Positions 24,940 through 36,937 of a stretch of 53,468 bases of DNA are shown piece after piece. Each line of letters begins with the position of its first letter. Within the stretch, counting starts at the first letter, position 1. The stretch spans positions 1 through 53,468 of the forward strand of contig JAXLNO010004858.1 of assembly GCA_038087875.1 (NCBI GenBank). Direction: 5' to 3'. The notes beneath the pieces were generated by a model. That model had not been told where the DNA came from, ran no database searches, and was given only the letters and a program-made list of their open reading frames with translations. The DNA comes from Malacoraja senta (Eukaryota). The position numbers and the translations under genes are program-made.

Positions 24940-25587
24940 CATCTGCTCCAGAAAAGCAGACATGGGCGGTGCCCGTCCATCAGGGCTAACATCTTCGCCA
25001 TGATGGTGGATGGCCGCCGGTCGCCGACACTGTCCATGTGCAGCAGCTTCGCTGCCCTGTCTCTGTGGCTGAGACCATAAGCGTGGAGCAGCAGGGCCGT
25101 CAGCCCTTCGTATTTGGCGATGGACGGCGGGTCCCTGATGTAGGGCAACAACCTCGAGGCACAGTCCTGCGGCAAAGCCCCCACCACATGGAAATACATT
25201 GTGTCGTCCGCTACGATGCGATGGAGGTGAAACTGTGCCTCAACGTGGGCGAACCACACCTGAGGTTGGTCAGGCCAAAACGCTGGCAATTTGAAAGACG
25301 GTGAGCCCTGATTCTGCGGGAACGTTGTCTTCCTGCATAATTCTCTTGTCTAACGACGGGTAGACAGGTCGGGGTTACCAATTTGGCGGTTACAAGAACG
25401 ACAACTGAACAAAATTAACTTTTCAGTAAACAGGTTCTCTGGACATGTCTGGCCACATCGGTGGTCAGTGCTGAACTAGCGCGCGAGAGCAAAACCGCGC
25501 GAAAACAAGCAGCCCCTCCCGAGTCACGTGACCGCGGCTTCCGAACGCCGGGTTCGATACCTGTGTGCGCCAGTAGGCGCCACTATA
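24940..25587 (-). mobile_element. Gypsy LTR retrotransposon (CsRn1-like) 5' LTR, PBS and gag fragment
   Basis: FWPDQPQVWFAHVEAQF...GDRRPS gag motif; PBS TGGTAACCCCGAC (tRNA-Trp-like) at 25368-25380; LTR about 25381-25587. Confidence 0.75.
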
Positions 25588-25611
25588 ATGTGTTCTTTCC
25601 AACATCTGACG

Positions 25612-25832
25612 GCATTATAACCATATAACCATTACAGCACGGAAACAGGCCATCTCGGCCCTTCAAGTCCGTGCCGAACATTTTTTTTCCTTCTGTCTTC
25701 CCCCTAGTCCCATCTACAGTACCTGCACTCAGACCATAACCCTCCATTCCTTTCCCGTCCATATCCCCATCCAATCTATTTTTAAAGGATAAAATCGAAC
25801 CTGCCTCCACCACTTCCACTGGAAGCTCATTC
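25612..25832 (-). mobile_element. CR1 family B older copy, 3' piece
   Basis: (ACCATATA)n tail; the sequence resumes at 28975. Confidence 0.85.
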
Positions 25833-28800
25833 CATATAACCATATAACCATAACAGCACGGAAACAGGCCATCTCGGCCCTTCAAGTCCGTGCCGAACAT
25901 TTTTTTTAAATTTTTTTAAAAAAATTAAAAATAAATACTTCCCCCTAGTCCCATCTACCTGCACTCAGACCAAAACCCTCCATTACTTTCCCGTCCATAT
26001 ACCCATCCAATCTATTTTTAAAGGATAACATCGAACCTGCCTCCACCACTTCCACTGGAAGCTCATTCCACACAGCTACCACTCTCTGAGTAAAGAAGTT
26101 CCCCCTAATGTTCCCCCTAAACTTCTGTCCCTTAATTCTCAAGTCATGTCCCCTTGTTTGAATCTTCCCTACTCTCAATGGGAAAAGCTTATCCACGTCC
26201 ACTCTGTCTAACCCGCTCATAATTTTAAAGATCTCTATTAAGTCCACTCTTAACCTTCTGCGCTCCAAACAATAAAGACCTAACTTGTTCAACCTTTCTC
26301 TGTAACTTAGTTGCTGAAACCCAGGCAACATTCTAGTAAATCTCCTCTGTAGTCTCTCTATTTTGTTGACATCCTTCCTATAATTAGGCGACCAAAATTG
26401 TACTCCATACTCCAGAATTGGCCTCACGAATGCCTTGTACAATTTTAACATTACATCCCAACTTCTATATTCAATGCTCTGATTTATAAAGGCCAGCACA
26501 CCAAAAGCTTTCTTTACCACCCTATCTACATGAGATTCCACCTTCAGGGAACTATGCACAGTTATTCCTAGATCCCTCTGTTCAACTGCATTCCTCAATT
26601 CGCTACCATTTACCGTGTACGTCCTATTTTGATTTGTCCTGCCGAGATGTAGCACCTCACATTTGTCAGCATTAAACTCCATCTGCCATCTTTCAGCCCA
26701 CTCTTCCAAATGGCCTAAATCTCTCTGTAGACTTTGAATATCTACTTCATTATCCACAACACCACCTATCTTAGTATCATCTGCATACTTACTAATCCAA
26801 TTTTCCACACCATCATCCAGATCATTGATGTACATGACAAACAACAGTGGACCCAACACAGACCCCTGAGGCACCCCACTAGTCACCGGCCTCCAACCTG
26901 ACAAACAGCCATCCACCATTACTCTCTGGCATCTCCCATTCAGCCACTGTTGAATCCATCTTGCTACTCCACCATTAATACCCAACAATTGAATCTTCTT
27001 AACCAACATTCCATGAGGAACCTTGTCAAAGGCCTTACTGAAGTCCATATAGACAACATCCACTGCTTTACCCTCATCAATTTCCCTAGTAACCTCTTCG
27101 AAAAATTCAAGAAGATTAGTCAAGCATGACCTTCCAGGCACAAATCCATGTTGACTGTTCCTAATCAGACCCTGCTTATCCAGATGCTTATATATATTAT
27201 CTTTAAGTATCCTTTCCATTAATTTGCCCACCACTGACGTCAAACTAACAGGTCTATAATTGCTAGGTTTACTCTTCGAACCCTTTTTAAACAACGGAAC
27301 AACATGCGCAGTACGCCAATCCTCCGGCACTATTCCCGTTTCTAATGACATTTGAAATATTTCTGTCATAGCCCCTGCTATTTCTACACTAACTTCCCTC
27401 AATGTCCTAGGGAATATCCTGTCAGGACCTGGAGACTTATCCGTTTTCATATTTTTCAAAAGTCTCCGCACCTCCTCTTCTTTGAATCTCACAGTTTCCA
27501 TTGCTACTCTGCTTGTTTCCCTTACCTAACATAATTCCATATCCTTCTCCTTCGTGAATACCGAAGAAAAGAAATTGTTCAATATCTCCCCCATCTCTTT
27601 TGGCTCTGCAGATAGCTGTCCACTCTGACTCTCTAATGGACCAATTTTATTCCTTGTTATCCTTTTGCTATTAATATAGCTGTAGAAACCCTTTGGATTT
27701 ACTTTCACCTTACTTGCCAAAGCAACCTCATATCTTCTTTTAGCTTTTCTAATTTCTTTCTTAATATTCTTTTTACAATCTTTATACTCCTCAAGCACCT
27801 CATTTACTCCATGCTGCCTATAATTATTGTAGATCTCTCTCTTTTTCCGAACCAAGTGTCCAATTTCCCTTGAAAACCATGGCTCTTTCCATTTTTTACT
27901 ATTTCCTTTCAACCGAACAGGGACATAAAGATTCTGTACTCTTAAAATTTCACCCTTAAATGTCCTCCATTTTTCTTCTACATCCTTCCCATAAAACAAC
28001 ATGTCCCAATTCACTCCTTTTAAATCCTTTCGCATCTCCTCAAAGTTAGCCTTTCTCCAAACAAAAATCTCAACCCTAGGTCCAGTTCTGACCCTCTCCA
28101 TAATTATATTGAAACTAATGGTATTGTGATCACTGGACCCGAAGTGCTCCCCGACGCATACCTCCGCCACCTGCCCTGTCTCATTTCCTAACAGGAGGTC
28201 CAGCATTGCCCCTTCTCTAGTAGGTACCTCTATGTATTGCTGCAAAAAACTATCTTGCACACATTTTACAAACTCCAAACCATCCAGCCCTTTTACAGAA
28301 TGTGTTTCCCAGTCTATGTGTGGAAAATTGAAATCTCCCACAATCACTACCTTGTGCTTACTACTAATATCTGCTATCTCCTTACATATTTGCTCTTCCA
28401 ATTCTCGCTCCCCATTTGGCGGTCTATAATACACCCCTATAAGTGTTGCTACCCCTTTCCCATTTCTCAGTTCCAACCAAATAGCCTCCCTAGACGAGCA
28501 CTCTAATCTATCCTGCCAAAGCACTGCTGTAATATCTTCCTTGACAAGCAATGCAACACCCCCACCTCTTACCCCTCCAATTCTATCACCCCTGAAGCAA
28601 CGAAATCCTGGAATATTTATTTGCCAATCACAGCCCTCCTGCAACCATGTTTCACTGATCGCCACAACATCATACTTCCAGGTGTCAATCCAGGCTCTAA
28701 GCTCATCCACCTTTCTTACAATGCTCCTAGCATTAAAATATACACATTTAAGAAACCTTCACCACTTATTCTCTGTTTATTATCTTTTTCTTCTTTCTCC

Positions 28801-28974
28801 CCTACATTTTGGGTCCGAGTGCTTCCCTTCTCTGCCTCGTGCCTCCCACATTTTCCACTAGGTTTCTCTATTTGTGTCCCTTCCCCCAACCGTTCTAGTT
28901 TAAAGTCTCCCCAGTAGCCTTTGCAAATCTCCCCGCCAGGATATTGGTCCCCCTCGGGTTCAAGTGCAACCCGT
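25829..28974 (-). mobile_element. CR1 family B, about 3.1 kb copy with a near-complete ORF2, nested in an older family B copy
   Basis: APE ORF 27526-28710 (ISETWL, GDFN, SDH) and RT ORF 25945-27501 (DFSKAFD, QGSVLGP, YADD) separated by one frameshift. Confidence 0.92.
25945..28710 (-). pseudogene. CR1 ORF2 (APE endonuclease plus reverse transcriptase), one frameshift near 27510
   Basis: ORF track 394 aa plus 518 aa in adjacent frames. Confidence 0.88.
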
Positions 28975-30180
28975 CCACACAGCTACCACTCTCTGAGTAA
29001 AGAAGTTCCCCCTAATGTTACCCCTAAACTTCTGTCCCTTACTTCTCAAGTCATGTCCCCTTGTTTGAATCTTCCCTACTCTCAATGGGAAAAGCTTATC
29101 CACGTCAACTCTGTCTAACCCGCTCATCATTTTAAAGACCTCTATCAAGTCCCCCCTTAACCTTCTGCGCTCCAAAGAATAAAGACCGAACTTGTTCAAC
29201 CTTTCTCTGTAACTTAGTTGCTGAAACCCAGGCAACATTCTAGTAAATCTCCTCTGCACTCTCTCTATTTTGTTGACATCCTTCCTATAATTAGGCGACC
29301 AAAATTGTACTCCATACTCCAGAATTGGCCTCACCAATGCCTTGTACAATTTTAACATTACATCCCAACTTCTATATTCAATGCTCTGATTTATAAAGGC
29401 CAGCACACCAAAAGCTTTCTTTACCACCCTATCTACAGTACATGAGATTCCACCTTCAGGGAACTATGCACAGTTATTCCGAGATCCCTCTGTTCAACTG
29501 CATTACTCAATTCGCTACCATTTACCATGTACGTCCTATTTTGATTTGTCCTGCCGAGATGCAGCACCTCACATCTATCAGCATTAAACTCCATCTGCCA
29601 TCTTTCTGCCCACTCTTCCAAATGGCCTAAATCTCTCTGTAGACTTTGAAAATCGACTTCATTATCCAAAACACCACCTATCTTAGTATCATCTGCATAC
29701 TTACTAATCCAATTTTCCACACCATCATCCAGATCATTGATGTAAATGACAAACAACAGTGGACCCAACACAGACCCCTGAGGCACCCCACTAGTCACCG
29801 GCCTCCAACCTGACAAACAGCCATCCACCATTACTCTCTGGCATCTCCCATTCAGCCACTGTTGAATCCATCTTGCTACTCCACCATTAATACCCAACAA
29901 TTGAATCTTCTTAACCAACATTCCATGAGGAACCTTGTCAAAGGCCTTACTGAAGTCCATTTAGACAACATCCACTGCTTTACCCTCATCAATTTCCCTA
30001 GTAACCTCTTTGAAAAATTCAAGAAGATTAGTCAAACATGACCTTCCAGGCACAAATCCATGTTGACTTCCTAATCAGACTCTGCTTATCCAGATGCTTA
30101 TATATATTACCTCTAAGTATCCTTTCCATTAATTTGCCCACCACTAACGTCAAACTAACAGGTCTATAATTGCTAGGTTT
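28975..30180 (-). mobile_element. CR1 family B older copy, RT piece
   Basis: Starts CCACACAGCTACC, the continuation of ...CATTCCA at about 25832; DFSKAFD, YADD. Confidence 0.88.
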
Positions 30181-30195
30181 ATAATTGCATTGCTC

Positions 30196-30480
30196 TCACA
30201 AGAAGAAGCCCTGCTGCTTGCAGCAGCCCTCATGCTTAAAGATCAGCAAGACAGAAGGACAAGAAGAATGGGGAAGAGGAAGCCCAAGAAGAGGTGTGCG
30301 TGGTTGAAGCACTTGTCCCTGTAGAGACCCAGGTTGGGCCAGTATGACAACCTGACGATTGAGCTCCAGCAAGAAGATGAGGATGCCTTCAGAAACTTCA
30401 CCAGGCTTCCCCCAGAGCTGTTTCAGGAGCTGAAGACACTGGGTGGGCCCTATCCTGGAGAAAAAGGAGACCCACGGAGG
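30196..30480 (+). pseudogene. PIF/Harbinger transposase N-terminal fragment
   Basis: Translates ...RLGQYDNLTIELQQEDEDAFRNFTRLPPELFQEL..., with a stop and a frameshift. Confidence 0.6.
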
Positions 30481-31249
30481 AGTCACTGTCGTAGCCTGAT
30501 GTAGCTAGTCACGTCAACTGTTGCCGATGGTCGCCAGCTGTCGTAGTGTGAGTCTCCATTTTCTCTTACATCGGTTGTTTCGACAATAATCGACTGGACA
30601 CCTGGGTTGGTTTAAATGTACATTTATTCAGCAGGAGTCTTTACACAGGTTAGCAACCTAGCAAAGAGTCAAGCTCAATGCCTTTATTCGTAATGCCTTA
30701 TATACTTTAAGGCTACGGTTTATGCCTCCCATATTACTGAAACAAAGCAACAGACACGTACGCAATGGTCAGGATAACAGGCACGTACATATTGGGAGGT
30801 GTTATTTAGTGGAACAATACTAGAGATAAGACAGGTACATTCCTCAGACTTCTGGGCGCGGCGGTTTGTATATTCCTCAGACTTCTGAGAGCCAGCCATC
30901 TCAGTCAGACGGGTGCGGGTAATACCATAGTCGCGAATATGCAGTAACAGCAGGACAATGTGTATTTCTCCTGACCACAACTTCTTGAAACCGGCAGCTA
31001 CATATTAAGCAACTTTGGTCAGCAGACATTTTATGTTTTAATCCAGTCCACCTGGCCAAACCATTTTACCTTCACAGAACAATCTTACAGCGTTTATTCA
31101 AGATTTACATTCACAGTAACATGTTGCCAGTAAGGTCGTAGCTTGTTGTCGGTATGGTCATACATTGTCGTAGATTGTCGCCGATATAGGTGTAGATGGA
31201 CTTCATTCATAGCATCACGACTGGCTGTTGTAGCTTGACTTCTGTGCTC

Positions 31250-31448
31250 TATCTACCTCATTGGAGACCCTCGGACTATCTTTGATCAGAATTTACTGGT
31301 TTTATCTTGCACTGAACTTTATTCATGTTATTCCCTTCATCATGTTTCTGCTCACTGTGCTCGATTGTAATCATATATTGTCCGTCTGTTGTCTGGTTAA
31401 CATGCAACTAAAGCTTTTCACTGTACCTCGGTACATGTGACAATAAAC
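31250..31448 (+). mobile_element. LINE/SINE 3' UTR fragment
   Basis: Ends ...CACTGTACCTCGGTACATGTGACAATAAAC, like other retroposon tails in the window. Confidence 0.5.
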
Positions 31449-31539
31449 CCGACTCACTGTCTCTCAGTCCTCTCATTGATGTGGATATCTGCACTAATTG
31501 GTGTCTCTCAGTCCCTCTCTCTCACCAGGATATCTGTAC

Positions 31540-31589
31540 ACCTGGCAGGGGAGAAACCTTGATCACCAAGGAGGTTCTCCCAGGACGAG
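31540..31589 (+). ncRNA. U1 snRNA-derived fragment (about nt 7-56, stem-loop I) at the 5' end of a Tx1 LINE; not a complete U1 gene
   Basis: ACCTGGCAGGGGAGAAACCTTGATCACCAAGGAGGTTCTCCCAGGACGAG matches recalled human U1 at 44/50. Confidence 0.85.
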
Positions 31590-31748
31590 TATTTGAGTAA
31601 AAGAGACTCTCTGTTCTTATTAGAACAGTTCTGGCGGCCCCTTGGGGACAATCAGAATCAGAATCAGTGACGAGGAGTCGGTCGGCTGCGGGCTTAGAGG
31701 TGGATCCATGCTGGTTGGGCAACCAACCTAACACCTCATTCAGCCACA

Positions 31749-33225
31749 ATGGCAGCAGCAACTGGAGCGGGAGTACAGGGTATCCGCAATACCCTGAGAA
31801 TCAGCGTTAAGGACCTCAGCAAGGGGGTTCCCTTCTCACGGGACCTGTTCGTGAAGAAGGTCTTGCTAGAGGCCTGCAAATTTGAGGCCAAGGACATCTA
31901 CTGCCTCCAGGAGTTCCCGGGTAATGGATACATTGATGTTACCTTCAAGTATCCGACGGGATGGCAAAAGTTGATGGAAGACTTCCGGGAGAAGGGGAAT
32001 GAAGCTCCGCTGCCGCTCTTCATCCCCCCCACCCAGAAGGAAAGGATGATCACGTTGCACATGTTCAACCCACATGTGACCGTAGTGGATGTCCTCACCT
32101 TCCTTGCTCGTCATGTCGAGGGAGCAGGGAACTGTGTGGACATAAAGGACCTGTACGGGATCTGGACGAGCAAGCGGCAAGTGAAGGTGAAGCTGAGGGT
32201 GGACAAGAACGGAGCCATCATCCACCCTCCCTCGTTGTTCGCTATCAGAGGGAACCGAGGGTACATGAGCTACACGGGGCAACCCAGGCTGTGCAGGAAA
32301 TGCAACAAGCCTGGGCATGTGATGGTCCAATGCACTGCAGTTGTCAAAGGACTGTCAGGCCAGCAAGAACTGCAACCTGTGTGGGGAGGCAGGCCACCTT
32401 TACAGGGCCTGCCCTAAAAGAGCCTGCACCTATGCACAGGCGACAAGAGGGGCTGCTGCCAGCACCCCCAGGGTGGGTGAGACACCCCTCACCATTGCCA
32501 AGACTGCAGCAGAAAGGGGGAACAGGGACGATTACAGCCCGACCACCTCGAGCCCCCAAGTGCCGGAAGGAGACCCCCATCACCCTGCCCAGGAGGGAGA
32601 GTCGATGGAGGAGGGGGGACAGCAGGAGAAATGGACGATGGTTATGTACAAGAAGCACCAGAGGGTTCAGCCGAAAGAGCCGAGGTCGGAAAGGGCTGGT
32701 AAGTCCAAAAATAAATCCCAAAAAAGATCTTTCTCCCTGACAGAAGGCAGCAACCTCTCCTCGTCGGAGGATGAGGCGACCTGGAAGTCCCAACGATGGA
32801 GGCAGAGGAAGAAAACAGGGGAGGAAAAGAGAAAGGCCACGCCGATCATCCCCCAGCCCCAGGAGACCGAGAGCAGAGCAGCGGCCGAGGGGCTCCAGCG
32901 CCAGGACATCGGAAGCAGTGCAGAGGCCGAGGGGCTACAGCCCCTGGAGACCGGGATCATCGCAGCGGTCGATGGGGCCCAGCTCCGGGCAACTGGGAGC
33001 ATTGCAGCGGCCAATGGGCCCCAGCTCCGGGCGACCGGTAGCAGCGCAGCAGCCGATGGGCCCCAACCCCGGGCTTGCAGGAGCAGTGAACCAGCCACCG
33101 TACCCCAGCTACGGAGGAAGCAGCGCGCCCTGAAGCGGGTGGAACGAGTAGGCCCCTCCCAACGACACCTTGGGTTACACCACAGGAAACCCACCTCATT
33201 GAGGATGCCGGCACTGGGTTCCTGA
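31749..33225 (+). pseudogene. Tx1 ORF1 with CCHC knuckles, frameshifted
   Basis: CRKCNKPGHVMVQC and CNLCGEAGHLYRAC; the middle knuckle appears partly deleted near 32345. Confidence 0.85.
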
Positions 33226-33301
33226 GCCCAGGAAAGCTGAGGCAATTCACCGAAGCGGTGGGCATGAGGGGACACGAGAATGGTCAGTGACTCTAAAGAC
33301 A

Positions 33302-36300
33302 ATGGAGATAAAACTGGCATCTTTAAACGTGCGCAGTATAAAGAGCACTGGGCGATGTGTAAATGCCTTGCAGTACCTGGCCAAGGTCAAGGCAGATGTG
33401 ACTTTTCCCCACGAGTGCGGGCTGCCGCACCTCCGCTGCTATCGGAGGTGGTCGCGATGGTGGCCCCACGGACTGGTAGTGTGGTCGGGGGGCAATGACT
33501 GTTGCGATTCCGGCCTGGGGATCTTGCTGCGGGGAGGGAACTTCGCCATCGCTGAGGTCAGGGAGGTGGTTGGGGGGCGTCTCCCCGTGGTGGATGTTAT
33601 GTACCGTGGTTCTACGCTCCAGCTGATTAATGTGTATACCTCACCCGTGCAGAGCGAGCGGCTGGCCGTTCTCCAGCAGCTCCCATCGCTGCTGGCCACG
33701 TCCCGGCAGCTCGTTCTGGCCGGTGACTTCAACTGCATCATCGATGCGGCTGGACGATCCGGCAGTGCCGACAACAGACTGGACAGCACGTCCAAGTTCC
33801 TCATGGAGACGGTAAAAGACGCAAAGCTGCACGACGCCTTCAGCAACCATGCAGGCAGGTCCCAGCTGCATTTCACCTGGTCGAGATCGGACGGTTTAGC
33901 CCGACCCCGGATAGACTTCGTCTTCACGACGAAGGCCGTCACGGTGAGACACACCGACCTCACGCCGGTGTTCTTCTCTGACCACTGCCTCCTTCGGGCT
34001 TTCTGTCACCTACAGGAGGACCGGAAGGCAGGCAGGGGGACGTGGAAGTTAAATATGAAGCTGTTGACCCCAGAGAACGTTGAGGAGCTAAAGAGGGACT
34101 ACGCATGTTGGAGAACGGTGAGGCCCCTCTTTGACTCCCCGACACGCTGGTGGGAAGCAACCAAGGAGAACATTAAGAGGTTCTTCATAGTTAAAGGGGT
34201 TCAGAGAGCAAGACAGAGTCAGAGGGAATTGTGCCAACTCCAGACAGATTTGCAACAACTGCTCCTTCTGCAGTCGAGAGGGGTGGATGTGAGGGAGGAA
34301 CTTAGAGAGGTGAAGGACCGGCAAGCTCGGCTCTTTACGTCTGAATCCTCCGAGATCATCTTCCGATCCAGGGTCCGCCATGTGCAGCAGGATGAGACGT
34401 GCTCACGTTTCTTCTTCCATAAGGTTCACAGGGGAAGCTCTGTGATGAACAGCCTTAGGGAAGAGGACGGCTCGGTAACATCCTCGCAGACGGACATGCT
34501 GAGGATCTGCAAATCCTTTTACACGGATTTGTACGACAAAAAGGCCACAGACAGCACCGCCTCCCAGAACTTCCTGTCCTCTATCACGGAGGTCTTGGAG
34601 AACAGCAAGCGGGAGAGTCTGGACCAACCACTGACCCTAGAGGAGCTGACTGGCTCCATCCGTTCCTTTGACTCGAGTAAAACTCCCGGAAACGATGGCT
34701 TACCGGCCGAGTTGTATTCGGCTCTGTGGGACTGGGTGGGCCAGGACCTGCTGGAAGTGTACAACGACATGCTTCTAGCCAGCAGCATGTCAGACTCCAT
34801 GAGGAATGGCAGCATCACCCTAATCTACAAGCAGAAGGGGGAGATGAAGGATATAAAGAATTGGAGACCCATCACATTGTTGAATGTAGATTACAAGATC
34901 CTGTTTAAGGCCATCGCCAACCGGGTCAAGTCAGCTCTGGAACAGGTGATCCAACACAAACCTGTGCTGTACCTGCTGCTGAGAGATACCATCGCCTACG
35001 TGCAGGACAGATGGGTGGATGCCTGCCTAGTCAGCTTGGACCAGGAGAAGGCCTTCGACAGGATATCGCACACGTTCATGAGGGACGTGCTCTCCAAAAT
35101 GGGTTTTGGGGAGGGAATCCGAAATTGGATCAAACTGCTCTACACCAATATCCGTAGTGCAGTCCAAATCAATGGGTGGGAATCAGACAGTTTCCCTGTA
35201 AGGTCTGGAGTCAGGCAGGGGTGCCCTCTCTCTCCTGTCTTGTTTATCTGCTGTATTGAACCTTTTGCCGAGTCCATCAGGAATATGCGAGCATAAGAGG
35301 AGTGACATTGCCAGGCAGTGGGGGCATTCGTCAAAATTTCCCTGTACATGGACGATGTCGCTGTCTTCTGCTCGGATCCAGGGTCGGTCCGCAGACTGAT
35401 TAGTATCTGCGACCAGTTTGAGTCGGCCACGGGAGCCAGGGTGAACCGCAGGAAGAGCGAGGCCATGCTCTTTGGCAACTGGCCCGACCGAATTTCTGTC
35501 CCCTTCACCATCAAGCCTGACTTCTTGAAGGTGCTGGGGATCTGGTTCGGGGGGGCTGAGGCGTGTAACAAGAATTGGCTGGAGCGGATAGTCAAGGTGG
35601 GGAAGAAGCTGGAGCTGTGGAGACAACGCTCCTCTCCATAACCGGAAAAAATGTGGTCATCAGGTGTGAGGTGCTCTCGGGGCTGCTGTACTTGGCGCAA
35701 GTGTGGCCTGTCCCTCCCTCCTACGCCACAGGGATCACTCGGGCCGCCTTCCAGTTCATCTGGGGGTCGAGGATAGACCGGGTGCGACGGGCCACAATGT
35801 ACAAGTCAGCAGACAACGGGGGTAAAAGCGTGCCCAACGTCGCCCTCACCCTGATGGCCACCTTTGTGTGTGGCTGCATCAGGCGGAGTGTAGAGCCAAG
35901 GCACATGGGCACCAAGTGTCACTACCTGCTGAAGGATGCGAAGGATGGGCCTGGCGCAGATGCCACGCAATGTGCCAGTCAGCTGGACATTGCTGCCCCA
36001 TCTGTCGTCTGTGGAAAGGTTCTTCCGGACCAACACCTTTGACCACATGTCCATTGGGCAGTGGTCAGCACGGAACGTCCTGCAGGCACTGCAGGGAAAG
36101 GACTCGATTGATCCGGTGGCGTGGTTCCCAGAGCAGACTGCCCAGCTTGTCGGGCAAAATGCCTCATCGCCAGAACTCACCAACAAGCACCAAGACCTGG
36201 CTTGGCTGGCGGTGAGGGGAGCCCTCCTAGTCAGATCTTTCCTGCACCGTCGGGAACCTCACTGCCAGTGCACGGGACGGCTGCTATGGAGAGGAGACGG

Positions 36301-36650
36301 TTGCCCACCTCTTCACAGAGTGTGGATTTGCAAAAAGAATCTGGAGACGTATGCAGGGATCCCTGGCACGCTTTATCCCGAACAGCTCCGTCACAGAGGA
36401 CTCTGTGATTTACGGACTGTTCCCAGGGACACATTCAGAGACTGACATCGAATGCTGCTGGAAGGTCATCAACTCGGCAAAAGACGCTATTTGGTCTGCC
36501 CGAGCGTTCTTCACCACCCAGCAGAGCGAGATGTCCGTCAGGGAATGTTGCCGACTGGCCCGCTGCAGACTGCAGGAGTACGTGCTGAGGGACGCACTGA
36601 AGCTTGGTGCAGCCAACGCCAAGGCTCGATGGGGGAGGGCCACAGTCTAG
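33302..36650 (+). pseudogene. Tx1 ORF2 (APE endonuclease, RT), several frameshifts
   Basis: LASLNVRS, GDFNC, SDH; DQEKAFD, GVRQGCPLSP, YMDD. Confidence 0.9.
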
Positions 36651-36937
36651 GGTCCTCCCGCTGCTGGACATGGGGGGCACGGTATGGTGGAGACGCCCCT
36701 CAAAATAAGGGAAGGTATCCCACGCCAGGGGGCCACATGAGTGGCACGGGTGGGGGACGGATTTGTGGAATTTGAAAAAAAATGTATTAACTGCATTGGA
36801 CAATTTGTATAGCCTCCGAAAATGCTGGATTAATTTTTCGCACGGTTCACGTATTGTATATATTTATTACTTGAATAAAGTATATTTTGAAATTTAAAAA
36901 AAAAGGAGTGTCCAAGTGTGTGTCAGTGCTCAGAGTG

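Larger units (their letters stand above)
31540..36904 (+). mobile_element. Full-length Tx1-clade non-LTR retrotransposon (about 5.4 kb), inactivated by frameshifts
   Basis: 5' UTR, zinc-knuckle ORF1, APE-RT ORF2, AATAAA at 36874, poly(A) at 36896-36904. Confidence 0.92.

Noticed and set aside
31540-31700. Functional U1 snRNA gene
   Set aside because: Similarity stops at about nt 56; there is no stem-loop II-IV, Sm site or intact 5' end.
31684-31745. HDV-like ribozyme in the Tx1 5' UTR (P2 GAGGTG/CACCTC, P4 hairpin, CTAA linker)
   Set aside because: Only 10-11 nt lie between the putative P2 and P4; P3, L3, P1' and P1.1 need about 23 nt.
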